Source of the DNA: Auanema rhodensis
Lineage: Eukaryota > Animalia > Nematoda
Assembly (NCBI GenBank): GCA_964057225.1
Contig: OZ059896.1
Coordinates: forward strand, 4,712,001 to 4,776,000
Direction of reading: 5' to 3'
DNA: 64,000 nucleotides
A program made the position numbers and the translations under genes. The notes under the pieces are model-generated. The model was not told the origin of the DNA. It saw nothing but the letters and a program-made list of their open reading frames with translations, and searched no databases. This document shows, piece after piece, positions 47,901 through 62,900 of this stretch. The stretch's first letter is position 1; the number at the start of each line of letters is the position of its first letter.

Positions 47901-50900
47901 ACTACATTAAGAAAAGCTTAATACAAAAATTAGTTATGATCGTTTGAAAAATGATGCATTAGTGTATGTTGAGTTTCCATGTACACTCAACATTGCTTCC
48001 AAAAACATTTTGACAAAAATTTTCCCGAAAAATTTCAAAATAATTTCACAAAAAGTAGATGTTTTTAGATTTCTTTTTTCAAGACAAAGACGATGGACAT
48101 TGTTATTCAACAAAAAAATTAATTCTTCAGGGTGAAAATCGAGGATATAAGTGTGAACTTATATCAGTTGATATCTCGGTGCATTTTTAAGCTAGCGCAA
48201 ATCTGATAACACAGATCGACGCAGCTTAAAAATCCACATCGAATGCACTATACTACATTGGGAAACACTCAATACAAAAATTAGTTATGATCGTTTGAAA
48301 AATGATGCATTAGTGTATGTTGAGTTTCCATGTACACTCAACATTGCTTCCAAAAACATTTTGACAAAAATTTTCCCGAAAAATTTCAAAATAATTTCCC
48401 AAAAAGTAGATGTTTTTAGATTCCTTTTTTCAAGACAAAGACGATGGACATTGTTATTCAACAAAAAAATTAATTCTTCACGGTGAAAATCGAGGATATA
48501 AGTGTGAACCTATATCAGTTGATATCTCGGTGCATTTTCAAGCTAGCGCAAATCTGATAACACAGATCGACGCAGCTTAAAAATCCGCATCGAATGCACT
48601 ATACTACATTAAGAAAAGCTTAATACAAAAATTAGTTATGATCGTTTGAAAAATGATGCATTAGTGTATGTTGAGTTTCCATGTACACTCAACATTGCTT
48701 CCAAAAACATTTTGACAAAAATTTTCCCGAAAAATTTCAAAATAATTTCACAAAAAGTAGATGTTTTTAGATTCCTTTTTTCAAGACAAAGACGATGGAC
48801 ATTGTTATTCAACAAAAAAATTAATTCTTCAGGGTGAAAATCGAGGATATAAGTGTGAACTTATATCAGTTGATATCTCGGTGCATTTTTAAGCTAGCGC
48901 AAATCTGATAACACAGATCGACGCAGCTTAAAAATCCACATCGAATGCACTATACTACATTGGGAAACACTCAATACAAAAATTAGTTATGATCGTTTGA
49001 AAAATGATGCATTAGTGTATGTTGAGTTTCCATGTACACTCAACATTGCTTCCAAAAACATTTTGACAAAAATTTTCCCGAAAAATTTCAAAATAATTTC
49101 ACAAAAAGTAGATGTTTTTAGATTCCTTTTTTAAAGACAAAGACGATGGACATTGTTATTCAACAAAAAAATTAATTCTTCACGGTGAAAATCGAGGATA
49201 TAAGTGTGAACCTATATCAGTTGATATCTCGGTGCATTTTCAAGCTAGCGCAAATCTGATAACACAGATCGACGCAGCTTAAAAATCCGCATCGAATGCA
49301 CTATACTACATTAAGAAAAGCTTAATACAAAAATTAGTTATGATCGTTTGAAAAATGATGCATTAGTGTATGTTGAGTTTCCATGTACACTCAACATTGC
49401 TTCCAAAAACATTTTGACAAAAATTTTCCCGAAAATCTTCAAGATAATTTCACAAAAAGTAGATGTTTTTAGATTCCTTTTTTCAAGACAAAGACGATGG
49501 ACATTGTTATTCAACAAAAAAATTAATTCTTCAGGGTGAAAATCGAGGATATAAGTGTGAACTTATATCAGTTGATATCTCGGTGCATTTTTAAGCTAGC
49601 GCAAATCTGATAACACAGATCGACGCAGCTTAAAAATCCACATCGAATGCACTATACTACATTGGGAAACACTCAATACAAAAATTTGTTATGATCGTTT
49701 GAAAAATGATGCATTAGTGTATGTTGAGTTTCCATGTACACTCAACATTGCTTCCAAAAACATTTTGACAAAAATTTTCCCGAAAAATTTCAAAATAATT
49801 TCACAAAAAGTAGATGTTTTTAGATTCCTTTTTTCAAGACAAAGACGATGGACATTGTTATTCAACAAAAAAATTAATTCTTCACGGTGAAAATCGAGGA
49901 TATAAGTGTGAACCTATATCAGTTGATATCTCGGTGCATTTTCAAGCTAGCGCAAATCTGATAACACAGATCGACGCAGCTTAAAAATCCGCATCGAATG
50001 CACTATACTACATTAAGAAAAGCTTAATACAAAAATTAGTTATGATCGTTTGAAAAATGATGCATTAGTGTATGTTGAGTTTCCATGTACACTCAACATT
50101 GCTTCCAAAAACATTTTGACAAAAATTTTCCCGAAAAATTTCAAAATAATTTCACAAAAAGTAGATGTTTTTAGATTCCTTTTTTCAAGACAAAGACGAT
50201 GGACATTGTTATTCAACAAAAAAATTAATTCTTCAGGGTGAAAATCGAGGATATAAGTGTGAACTTATATCAGTTGATATCTCGGTGCATTTTTAAGCTA
50301 GCGCAAATCTGATAACACAGATCGACGCAGCTTAAAAATCCGCATCGAATGCACTATACTACATTAAGAAAAGCTTAATACAAAAATTAGTTATGATCGT
50401 TTGAAAAATGATGCATTAGTGTATGTTGAGTTTCCATGTACACTCAACATTGCTTCCAAAAACATTTTGACAAAAATTTTCCCGAAAAATTTCAAAATAA
50501 TTTCACAAAAAGTAGATGTTTTTAGATTCCTTTTTTCAAGACAAAGACGATGGACATTGTTATTCAACAAAAAAATTAATTCTTCAGGGTGAAAATCGAG
50601 GATATAAGTGTGAACTTATATCAGTTGATATCTCGGTGCATTTTTAAGCTAGCGCAAATCTGATAACACAGATCGACGCAGCTTAAAAATCCACATCGAA
50701 TGCACTATACTACATTGGGAAACACTCAATACAAAAATTAGTTATGATCGTTTGAAAAATGATGCATTAGTGTATGTTGAGTTTCCATGTACACTCAACA
50801 TTGCTTCCAAAAACATTTTGACAAAAATTTTCCCGAAAAATTTCAAAATAATTTCACAAAAAGTAGATGTTTTTAGATTCCTTTTTTCAAGACAAAGACG

Positions 50901-53900
50901 ATGGACATTGTTATTCAACAAAAAAATTAATTCTTCACGGTGAAAATCGAGGATATAAGTGTGAACTTATATCAGTTGATATCTCGGTGCATTTTTAAGC
51001 TAGCGCAAATCTGATAACACAGATCGACGCAGCTTAAAAATCCACATCGAATGCACTATACTACATTGGGAAACACTCAATACAAAAATTAGTTATGATC
51101 GTTTGAAAAATGATGCATTAGTGTATGTTGAGTTTCCATGTACACTCAACATTGCTTCCAAAAACATTTTGACAAAAATTTTCCCGAAAAATTTCAAAAT
51201 AATTTCACAAAAAGTAGATGTTTTTAGATTCCTTTTTTCAAGACAAAGACGATTGACATTGTTATTCAACAAAAAAATTAATTCTTCAGGGTGAAAATCG
51301 AGGATATAAGTGTGAACTTATATCAGTTGATATCTCGGTGCATTTTTAAGCTAGCGCAAATCTGATAACACAGATCGACGCAGCTTAAAAATCCACATCG
51401 AATGCACTATACTACATTGGGAAACACTCAATACAAAAATTAGTTATGATCGTTTGAAAAATGATGCATTAGTGTATGTTGAGTTTCCATGTACACTCAA
51501 CATTGCTTCCAAAAACATTTTGACAAAAATTTTCCCGAAAAATTTCAAAATAATTTCACAAAAAGTAGATGTTTTTAGATTCCTTTTTTCAAGACAAAGA
51601 CGATGGACATTGTTATTCAACAAAAAAATTAATTCTTCACGGTGAAAATCGAGGATATAAGTGTGAACCTATATCAGTTGATATCTCGGTGCATTTTCAA
51701 GCTAGCGCAAATCTGATAACACAGATCGACGCAGCTTAAAAATCCGCATCGAATGCACTATACTACATTGAGAAAAGCTAAATACAAAAATTAGTTATGA
51801 TCGTTTGAAAAATGATGCATTAGTGTATGTTGAGTTTCCATGTACACTCAACAATGCTTCCAAAAACATTTTGACAAAAATTTTCCCGAAAAATTTCAAA
51901 ATAATTTCACAAAAAGTAGATGTTTTTAGATTCCTTTTTTCAAGACAAAGACGATGGACAATGTTATTCAACGAAAAAATTAAATCTTCAGGGTGAAAAT
52001 CGAGGATATAAGTGTGAACCTATATCAGTTGATATCTCGGTTCATTTTTAAGCTAGCGCAAATCTGATAACACAGATCGACGCAGCTTAAAAATCCGCAT
52101 CGAATGTACTATACTACATGGAGAAACGCTCAATACAAAAATTAGTTATGATCGTTTGAAAAATGATGCATTAGTGTATGTTGAGTTTCCATGTACACTC
52201 AACATTGCTTCCAAAAACATTTTGACAAAAATTTTCCCGAAAAATTTCAAAATAATTTCACAAAAAGTAGATGTTTTTAGATTCCTTTTTTCAAGACAAA
52301 GACGATGGACATTGTTATTCAACAAAAAAATTAATTCTTCACGGTGAAAATCGAGGATATAAGTGTGAACCTATATCAGTTGATATCTCGGTGCATTTTC
52401 AAGCTAGCGCAAATCTGATAACACAGATCGACGCAGCTTAAAAATCCACATCGAATGCACTATACTACATTGGGAAACACTCAATACAAAAATTAGTTAT
52501 GATCGTTTGAAAAATGATGCATTAGTGTATGTTGAGTTTCCATGTACACTCAACATTGCTTCCAAAAACATTTTGACAAAAATTTTCCCGAAAAATTTCA
52601 AAATAATTTCACAAAAAGTAGATGTTTTTAGATTCCTTTTTTCAAGACAAAGACGATGGACATTGTTATTCAACAAAAAAATTAAATCTTCAGGGTGAAA
52701 ATCGAGGATATAAGTGTGAACCTATATCAGTTGATATCTCGGTTCATTTTTAAGCTAGCGCAAATCTGATAACACAGATCGACGCAGCTTAAAAATCCGC
52801 ATCGAATGTACTATACTACATGGAGAAACGCTCAATACAAAAATTAGTTATGATCGTTTGAAAAATGATGCATTAGTGTATGTTGAGTTTCCATGTACAC
52901 TCAACAATGCTTCCAAAAACATTTTGACAAAAATTTTCCCGAAAAATTTCAAAATAATTTCACAAAAAGTAGATGTTTTTAGATTCCTTTTTTCAAGACA
53001 AAGACGATGGACATTGTTATTCAACAAAAAAATTAATTCTTCACGGTGAAAAGCGAGGATATAAGTGTGAACCTATATCAGTTGATATCTCGGTGCATTT
53101 TCAAGCTAGCGCAAATCTGATAACACAGATCGACGCAGCTTAAAAATCCGCATCGAATGCACTATACTACATTGAGAAAAGCTAAATACAAAAATTAGTT
53201 ATGATCGTTTGAAAAATGATGCATTAGTGTATGTTGAGTTTCCATGTACACTCAACAATGCTTCCAAAAACATTTTGACAAAAATTTTCCCGAAAAATTT
53301 CAAAATAATTTCACAAAAAGTAGATGTTTTTAGATTCCTTTTTTCAAGACAAAGACGATGGACAATGTTATTCAACGAAAAAATTAAATCTTCAGGGTGA
53401 AAATCGAGGATATAAGTGTGAACCTATATCAGTTGATATCTCGGTTCATTTTTAAGCTAGCGCAAATCTGATAACACAGATCGACGCAGCTTAAAAATCC
53501 GCATCGAATGTACTATACTACATGGAGAAACGCTCAATACAAAAATTAGTTATGATCGTTTGAAAAATGATGCATTAGTGTATGTTGAGTTTCCATGTAC
53601 ACTCAACATTGCTTCCAAAAACATTTTGACAAAAATTTTCCCGAAAAATTTCAAAATAATTTCACAAAAAGTAGATGTTTTTAGATTCCTTTTTTCAAGA
53701 CAAAGACGATGGACATTGTTATTCAACAAAAAAATTAATTCTTCACGGTGAAAATCGAGGATATAAGTGTGAACCTATATCAGTTGATATCTCGGTGCAT
53801 TTTCAAGCTAGCGCAAATCTGATAACACAGATCGACGCAGCTTAAAAATCCGCATCGAATGCACTATACTACATTGAGAAAAGCTAAATACAAAAATTAG

Positions 53901-56900
53901 TTATGATCGTTTGAAAAATGATGCATTAGTGTATGTTGAGTTTCCATGTACACTCAACATTGCTTCCAAAAACATTTTGACAAAAATTTTCCCGAAAAAT
54001 TTCAAAATAATTTCACAAAAAGTAGATGTTTTTAGATTCCTTTTTTCAAGACAAAGACGATGGACATTGTTATTCAACAAAAAAATTAATTCTTCACGGT
54101 GAAAATCGAGGATATAAGTGTGAACCTATATCAGTTGATATCTCGGTGCATTTTCAAGCTAGCGCAAATCTGATAACACAGATCGACGCAGCTTAAAAAT
54201 CCACATCGAATGCACTATACTACATTGGGAAACACTCAATACAAAAATTAGTTATGATCGTTTGAAAAATGATGCATTAGTGTATGTTGAGTTTCCATGT
54301 ACACTCAACATTGCTTCCAAAAACATTTTGACAAAAATTTTCCCGAAAAATTTCAAAATAATTTCACAAAAAGTAGATGTTTTTAGATTCCTTTTTTCAA
54401 GACAAAGACGATGGACATTGTTATTCAACAAAAAAATTAAATCTTCAGGGTGAAAATCGAGGATATAAGTGTGAACCTATATCAGTTGATATCTCGGTTC
54501 ATTTTTAAGCTAGCGCAAATCTGATAACACAGATCGACGCAGCTTAAAAATCCGCATCGAATGTACTATACTACATGGAGAAACGCTCAATACAAAAATT
54601 AGTTATGATCGTTTGAAAAATGATGCATTAGTGTATGTTGAGTTTCCATGTACACTCAACAATGCTTCCAAAAACATTTTGACAAAAATTTTCCCGAAAA
54701 ATTTCAAAATAATTTCACAAAAAGTAGATGTTTTTAGATTCCTTTTTTCAAGACAAAGACGATGGACAATGTTATTCAACGAAAAAATTAATTCTTCACG
54801 GTGAAAATCGAGGATATAAGTGTGAACCTATATCAGTTGATATCTCGGTGCATTTTCAAGCTAGCGCAAATCTGATAACACAGATCGACGCAGCTTAAAA
54901 ATCCGCATCGAATGCACTATACTACATGGAGAAACGCTCAATACAAAAATTAGTTATGATCGTTTGAAAAATGATGCATTAGTGTATGTTGAGTTTCCAT
55001 GTACACTCAACAATGCTTCCAAAAACATTTTGACAAAAATTTTCCCGAAAAATTTCAAAATAATTTCACAAAAAGTAGATGTTTTTAGATTCCTTTTTTC
55101 AAGACAAAGACGATGAACAATGTTATTCAACAAAAAAATTAATTCTTCACGGTGAAAATCGAGGATATAAGTGTGAACCTATATCAGTTGATATCTCGGT
55201 GCATTTTCAAGCTAGCGCAAATCTGATAACACAGATCGACGCAGCTTAAAAATCCACATCGAATGCACTATACTACATTGGGAAACACTCAATACAAAAA
55301 TTAGTTATGATCGTTTGAAAAATGATGCATTAGTGTATGTTGAGTTTCCATGTACACTCAACATTGCTTCCAAAAACATTTTGACAAAAATTTTCCCGAA
55401 CAATTTCAAAATAATTTCACAAAAAGTAGATGTTTTTAGATTCCTTTTTTCAAGACAAAGACGATGGTCAATGTTATTCAACGAAAAAATTAAATCTTCA
55501 GGGTGAAAATCGAGGATATAAGTGTGAACCTATATCAGTTGATATCTCGGTTCATTTTTAAGCTAGCGCAAATCTGATAACACAGATCGACGCAGCTTAA
55601 AAATCCGCATCGAATGTACTATACTACATGGAGAAACGCTCAATACAAAAATTAGTTATGATCGTTTGAAAAATGATGCATTAGTGTATGTTGAGTTTCC
55701 ATGTACACTCAACAATGCTTCCAAAAACATTTTGACAAAAATTTTCCCGAACAATTTCAAAATAATTTCACAAAAAGTAGATGTTTTTAGATTCCTTTTT
55801 TCAAGACAAAGGCGATGGACAATGTTATTCAACGAAAAAATTAAATCTTCAGGGTGAAAATCGAGGATATAAGTGTGAACCTATACCAGTTGATATCTCG
55901 GTTCATTTTTAAGCTAGCGCAAATCTGATAACACAGATCGACGCAGCTTAAAAATCCGCATCGAATGTACTATACTACATTAAAAAACGCTAAATACAAA
56001 AATTAGTTATGATTGTTTGAAAAATGATGCATTAGTGTATGTTGAGTTTCCATGTACACTCAACATTGCTTCCAAAAACATTTTGACAAACATTTTCCCG
56101 AAAAATTTCAGAATAAATTTACAAAAAGTAGATGTTTTTAGATTCCTTTTTTCAAGACAAAGACGATGGACATTGTCATTCAACAAAAAAATTAATTCTT
56201 CACGGTGAAAATCGAGGATATAAGTGTGAACCTATATCAGTTGATATCTCGGTGCATTTTCAAGCTAGCGCAAATCTGATAATACAGATCGACGCAGCTT
56301 AAAAATCCGCATCGAATGCACTATACTACATGGAGAAACGCTTAATACAAAAATTAGTTATGATCGTTTGAAAAATGATGCATTAGTGTATGTTGAGTTT
56401 CCATGTACACTCAACATTGCTTCCAAAAACATTTTGACAAAAATTTTCCCGAAAAATTTCAAAATAATTTCACAAAAAGTAGATGTTTTTAGATTCCTTT
56501 TTTCAAGACAAAGACGATGGACATTGTTATTCAACAAAAAAATTAATTCTTCACGGTGAAAATCGAGGATATAAGTGTGAACCTATATCAGTTGATATCT
56601 CGGTGCATTTTCAAGCTAGCGCAAATCTGATAACACAGATCGACGCAGCTTAAAAATCCGCATCGAATGCACTATACTACATGGAGAAACGCTCAATACA
56701 AAAATTAGTTATGATCGTTTGAAAAATGATGCATTAGTGTATGTTGAGTTTCCATGTACACTCAACAATGCTTCCAAAAACATTTTGACAAAAATTTTCC
56801 CGAACAATTTCAAAATAATTTCACAAAAAGTAGATGTTTTTAGATTCCTTTTTTCAAGACAAAGACGATGGACAATGTTATTCAACGAAAAAATTAAATC

Positions 56901-59900
56901 TTCAGGGTGAAAATCGAGGATATAAGTGTGAACCTATATCAGTTGATATCTCGGTTCATTTTTAAGCTAGCGCAAATCTGATAACACAGATCGACGCAGC
57001 TTAAAAATCCGCATCGAATGTACTATACTACATTAAAAAACGCTCAATACAAAAATTAGTTATGATTGTTTGAAAAATGATGCATTAGTGTATGTTGAGT
57101 TTCCATGTACACTCAACATTGCTTCCAAAAACATTTTGACAAACATTTTCCCGAAAAATTTCAGAATAAATTTACAAAAAGTAGATGTTTTTAGATTCCT
57201 TTTTTCAAGACAAAGACGATGGACATTGTCATTCAACAAAAAAATTAATTCTTCACGGTGAAAATCGAGGATATAAGTGTGAACCTATATCAGTCGATAT
57301 CTCGGTGCATTTTCAAGCTAGCGCAAATCTGATAATACAGATCGACGCAGCTTAAAAATCCGCATCGAATGCACTATACTACATGGAGAAACGCTCAATA
57401 CAAAAATTAGTTATGATCGTTTGAAAAATGATGCATTAGTGTATGTTGAGTTTCCATGTACACTCAACATTGCTTCCAAAAACATTTTGACAAAAATTTT
57501 CCCGAAAAATTTCAAAATAATTTCACAAAAAGTAGATGTTTTTAGATTCCTTTTTTCAAGACAAAGACGATGGACATTGTTATTCAACAAAAAAATTAAT
57601 TCTTCACGGTGAAAATCGAGGATATAAGTGTGAACCTATATCAGTTGATATCTCGGTGCATTTTCAAGCTAGCGCAAATCTGATAACACAGATCGACGCA
57701 GCTTAAAAATCCGCATCGAATGCACTATACTACATGGAGAAACGCTCAATACAAAAATTAGTTATGATTGTTTGAAAAATGATGCATTAGTGTATGTTGA
57801 GTTTCCATGTACACTCAACAATGCTTCCAAAAACATTTTGACAAAAATTTTCCCGAAAAATTTCAAAATAATTTCACAAAAAGTAGATGTTTTTAGATTC
57901 CTTTTTTCAAGACAAAGACGATGGACATTGTTATTCAACAAAAAAATTAATTCTTCACGGTGAAAATCGAGGATATAAGTGTGAACCTATATCAGTTGAT
58001 ATCTCGGTGCATTTTCAAGCTAGCGCAAATCTGATAACACAGATCGACGCAGCTTAAAAATCCGCATCGAATGCACTATACTACATGGAGAAACGCTCAA
58101 TACAAAAATTAGTTATGATCGTTTGAAAAATGATGCATTAGTGTATGTTGAGTTTCCATGTACACTCAACATTGCTTCCAAAAACATTTTGACAAAAATT
58201 TTCCCGAAAAATTTCAAAATAATTTCACAAAAAGTAGATGTTTTTAGATTCCTTTTTTCAAGACAAAGACGATGGACATTGTTATTCAACAAAAAAATTA
58301 ATTCTTCACGGTGAAAATCGAGGATATAAGTGTGAACCTATATCAGTTGATATCTCGGTGCATTTTCAAGCTAGCGCAAATCTGATAACACAGATCGACG
58401 CAGCTTGAAAATCCGCATCGAATGCACTATACTACATGGAGAAACGCTCAATACAAAAATTAGTTATGATCGTTTGAAAAATGATGCATTAGTGTATGTT
58501 GAGTTTTCATGTACACTCAACAATGCTTCCAAAAACATTTTGACAAAAATTTTCCCGAAAAATTTCAAAATAATTTCACAAAAAGTAGATGTTTTTAGAT
58601 TCCTTTATTCAAGACAAAGACGAAGGACAATGTTATTCAACGAAAAAATTAAATCTTCAGGGTGAAAATCGAGGATATAAGTGTGAACCTATATCAGTTG
58701 ATATCTCGGTGCATTTTCAAGCTAGCGCAAATCTGATAACACAGATCGACGCAGCTTAAAAATCCGCATCGAATGCACTATACTACATTGAGAAACGCTT
58801 AATACAAAAATTAGTTATGATTGTTTGAAAAATGATGCATTAGTGTATGTTGAGTTTTCATGTACACTCAACAATGCTTCCAAAAACATTTTGACAAAAA
58901 TTTTCCCGAAAAATTTCAAAATAATTTCACAAAAAGTAGATGTTTTTAGATTCCTTTATTCAAGACAAAGACGATGGACATTGTTATTCAACAAAAAAAT
59001 TAATTCTTCACGGTGAAAATCGAGGATATAAGTGTGAACCTATATCAGTTGATATCTCGGTGCATTTTCAAGCTAGCGCAAATCTGATAACACAGATCGA
59101 CGCAGCTTGAAAATCCGCATCGAATGCACTATACTACATGGAGAAACGCTCAATACAAAAATTAGTTATGATCGTTTGAAAAATGATGCATTAGTGTATG
59201 TTGAGTTTTCATGTACACTCAACAATGCTTCCAAAAACATTTTGACAAAAATTTTCCCGAAAAATTTCAAAATAATTTCACAAAAAGTAGATGTTTTTAG
59301 ATTCCTTTATTCAAGACAAAGACGAAGGACAATGTTATTCAACGAAAAAATTAAATCTTCAGGGTGAAAATCGAGGATATAAGTGTGAACCTATATCAGT
59401 TGATATCTCGGTGCATTTTCAAGCTAGCGCAAATCTGATAACACAGATCGACGCAGCTTAAAAATCCGCATCGAATGCACTATACTACATTGAGAAACGC
59501 TTAATACAAAAATTAGTTATGATTGTTTGAAAAATGATGCATTAGTGTATGTTGAGTTTCCATGTACACTCAACATTGCTTCCAAAAACATTTTGACAAA
59601 AATTTTCCCGAAAAATTTCAAAATAATTTCACAAAAAGTAGATGTTTTTAGATTCCTTTTTTCAAGACAAAGACGATGGACATTGTTATTCAACAAAAAA
59701 ATTAATTCTTCACGGTGAAAATCGAGGATATAAGTGTGAACCTATATCAGTTGATATCTCGGTGCATTTTCAAGCTAGCGCAAATCTGATAACACAGATC
59801 GACGCAGCTTAAAAATCCGCATCGAATGCACTATACTACATGGAGAAACGCTCAATACAACAATTAGTTATGATCGTTTGAAAAATGATGCATTAGTGTA

Positions 59901-62900
59901 TGTTGAGTTTCCATGTACACTCAACAATGCTTCCAAAAACATTTTGACAAAAATTTTCCCGAAAAATTTCAAAATAATTTCACAAAAAGTAGATGTTTTT
60001 AGATTCCTTTTTTCAAGACAAAGACGATGGACATTGTTATTCAACAAAAAAATTAATTCTTCACGGTGAAAATCGAGGATATAAGTGTGAACCTATATCA
60101 GTTGATATCTCGGTGCATTTTCAAGCTAGCGCAAATCTGATAACACAGATCGACGCAGCTTGAAAATCCGCATCGAATGCACTATACTACATGGAGAAAC
60201 GCTCAATACAAAAATTAGTTATGATCGTTTGAAAAATGATGCATTAGTGTATGTTGAGTTTTCATGTACACTCAACAATGCTTCCAAAAACATTTTGACA
60301 AAAATTTTCCCGAAAAATTTCAAAATAATTTCACAAAAAGTAGATGTTTTTAGATTCCTTTTTTCAAGACAAAGACGATGGACAATGTTATTCAACGAAA
60401 AAATTAAATCTTCAGGGTGAAAATCGAGGATATAAGTGTGAACCTATATCAGTTGATATCTCGGTGCATTTTCAAGCTAGCGCAAATCTGATAACACAGA
60501 TCGACGCAGCTTAAAAATCCGCATCGAATGCACTATACTACATTGAGAAACGCTTAATACAAAAATTAGTTATGATTGTTTGAAAAATGATGCATTAGTG
60601 TATGTTGAGTTTCCATGTACACTCAACATTGCTTCCAAAAACATTTTGACAAACATTTTCCCGAAAAATTTCAGAATAAATTTACAAAAAGTAGATGTTT
60701 TTAGATTCCTTTTTTCAAGACAAAGACGATGGACATTGTCATTCAACAAAAAAATTAATTCTTCACGGTGAAAATCGAGGATATAAGTGTGAACCTATAT
60801 CAGTTGATATCTCGGTGCATTTTCAAGCTAGCGCAAATCTGATAACACAGATCGACGCAGCTTAAAAATCCGCATCGAATGCACTATACTACATGGAGAA
60901 ACGCTCAATACAAAAATTAGTTATGATCGTTTGAAAAATGATGCATTAGTGTATGTTGAGTTTCCATGTACACTCAAAATTGCTTCCAAAAACATTTTGA
61001 CAAAAATTTTTTCGAAAAATTTGAAAATAATTTAGCAAAAAGTAGATGTTTTTAGATTCCTTTTTTCAAGACAAAGACGATGGACATTGTTATTCAACAA
61101 AAAAATTAATTCTTCACGGTGAAAATCGAGGATATAAGTGTGAACCTATATCAGTTGATATCTCGGTGCATTTTCAAGCTAGCGCAAATCTGATAACACA
61201 GATCGACGCAGCTTAAAAATCCGCATCGAATGCACTATACTACATGGAGAAACGCTCAATACAAAAATTAGTTATGATCGTTTGAAAAATGATGCATTAG
61301 TGTATGTTGAGTTTCCATGTACACTCAACAATGCTTCCAAAAACATTTTGACAAAAATTTTCCCGAAAAATTTCAAAATAATTTCACAAAAAGTAGATGT
61401 TTTTAGATTCCTTTTTTCAAGACAAAGACGATGGACATTGTTATTCAACAAAAAAATTAATTCTTCACGGTGAAAATCGAGGATATAAGTGTGAACCTAT
61501 ATCAGTTGATATCTCGGTGCATTTTCAAGCTAGCGCAAATCTGATAACACAGATCGACGCAGCTTAAAAATCCGCATCGAATGCACTATACTACATGGAG
61601 AAACGCTCAATACAAAAATTAGTTATGATCGTTTGAAAAATGATGCATTAGTGTATGTTGAGTTTCCATGTACACTCAACATTGCTTCCAAAAACATTTT
61701 GACAAAAATTTTCCCGAAAAATTTCAAAATAATTTCACAAAAAGTAGATGTTTTTAGATTCCTTTTTTCAAGACAAAGACGATGGACAATGTTATTCAAC
61801 GAAAAAATTAAATCTTCAGGGTGAAAATCGAGGATATAAGTGTGAACTTATATCAGTTGATATCTCGGTTCATTTTTAAGTTAGCGCAAATCTGATAACA
61901 CAGATCGACGCAGCTTAAAAATCCGCATCGAATGTACTATACTACATTAAGAAACGCTCAATACAAAAATTAGTTATGATTGTTTGAAAAATGATGCATT
62001 AGTGTATGTTGAGTTTCCATGTACACTCAACATTGCTTCCAAAAACATTTTGACAAACATTTTCCCGAAAAATTTCAGAATAAATTTACAAAAAGTAGAT
62101 GTTTTTAGATTCCTTTTTTCAAGACAAAGACGATGGACATTGTCATTCAACAAAAAAATTAATTCTTCACGGTGAAAATCGAGGATATAAGTGTGAACCT
62201 ATATCAGTTGATATCTCGGTGCATTTTCAAGCTAGCGCAAATCTGATAACACAGATCGACGCAGCTTAAAAATCCGCATCGAATGCACTATACTACATGG
62301 AGAAACGCTCAATACAAAAATTAGTTATGATCGTTTGAAAAATGATGCATTAGTGTATGTTGAGTTTCCATGTACACTCAAAATTGCTTCCAAAAACATT
62401 TTGACAAAAATTTTTTCGAAAAATTTGAAAATAATTTAGCAAAAAGTAGATGTTTTTAGATTCCTTTTTTCAAGACAAAGACGATGGACATTGTTATTCA
62501 ACAAAAAAATTAATTCTTCACGGTGAAAATCGAGGATATAAGTGTGAACCTATATCAGTTGATATCTCGGTGCATTTTCAAGCTAGCGCAAATCTGATAA
62601 CACAGATCGACGCAGCTTAAAAATCCGCATCGAATGCACTATACTACATGGAGAAACGCTCAATACAAAAATTAGTTATGATCGTTTGAAAAATGATGCA
62701 TTAGTGTATGTTGAGTTTCCATGTACACTCAACAATGCTTCCAAAAACATTTTGACAAAAATTTTCCCGAAAAATTTCAAAATAATTTCACAAAAAGTAG
62801 ATGTTTTTAGATTCCTTTTTTCAAGACAAAGACGATGGACATTGTTATTCAACAAAAAAATTAATTCTTCACGGTGAAAATCGAGGATATAAGTGTGAAC

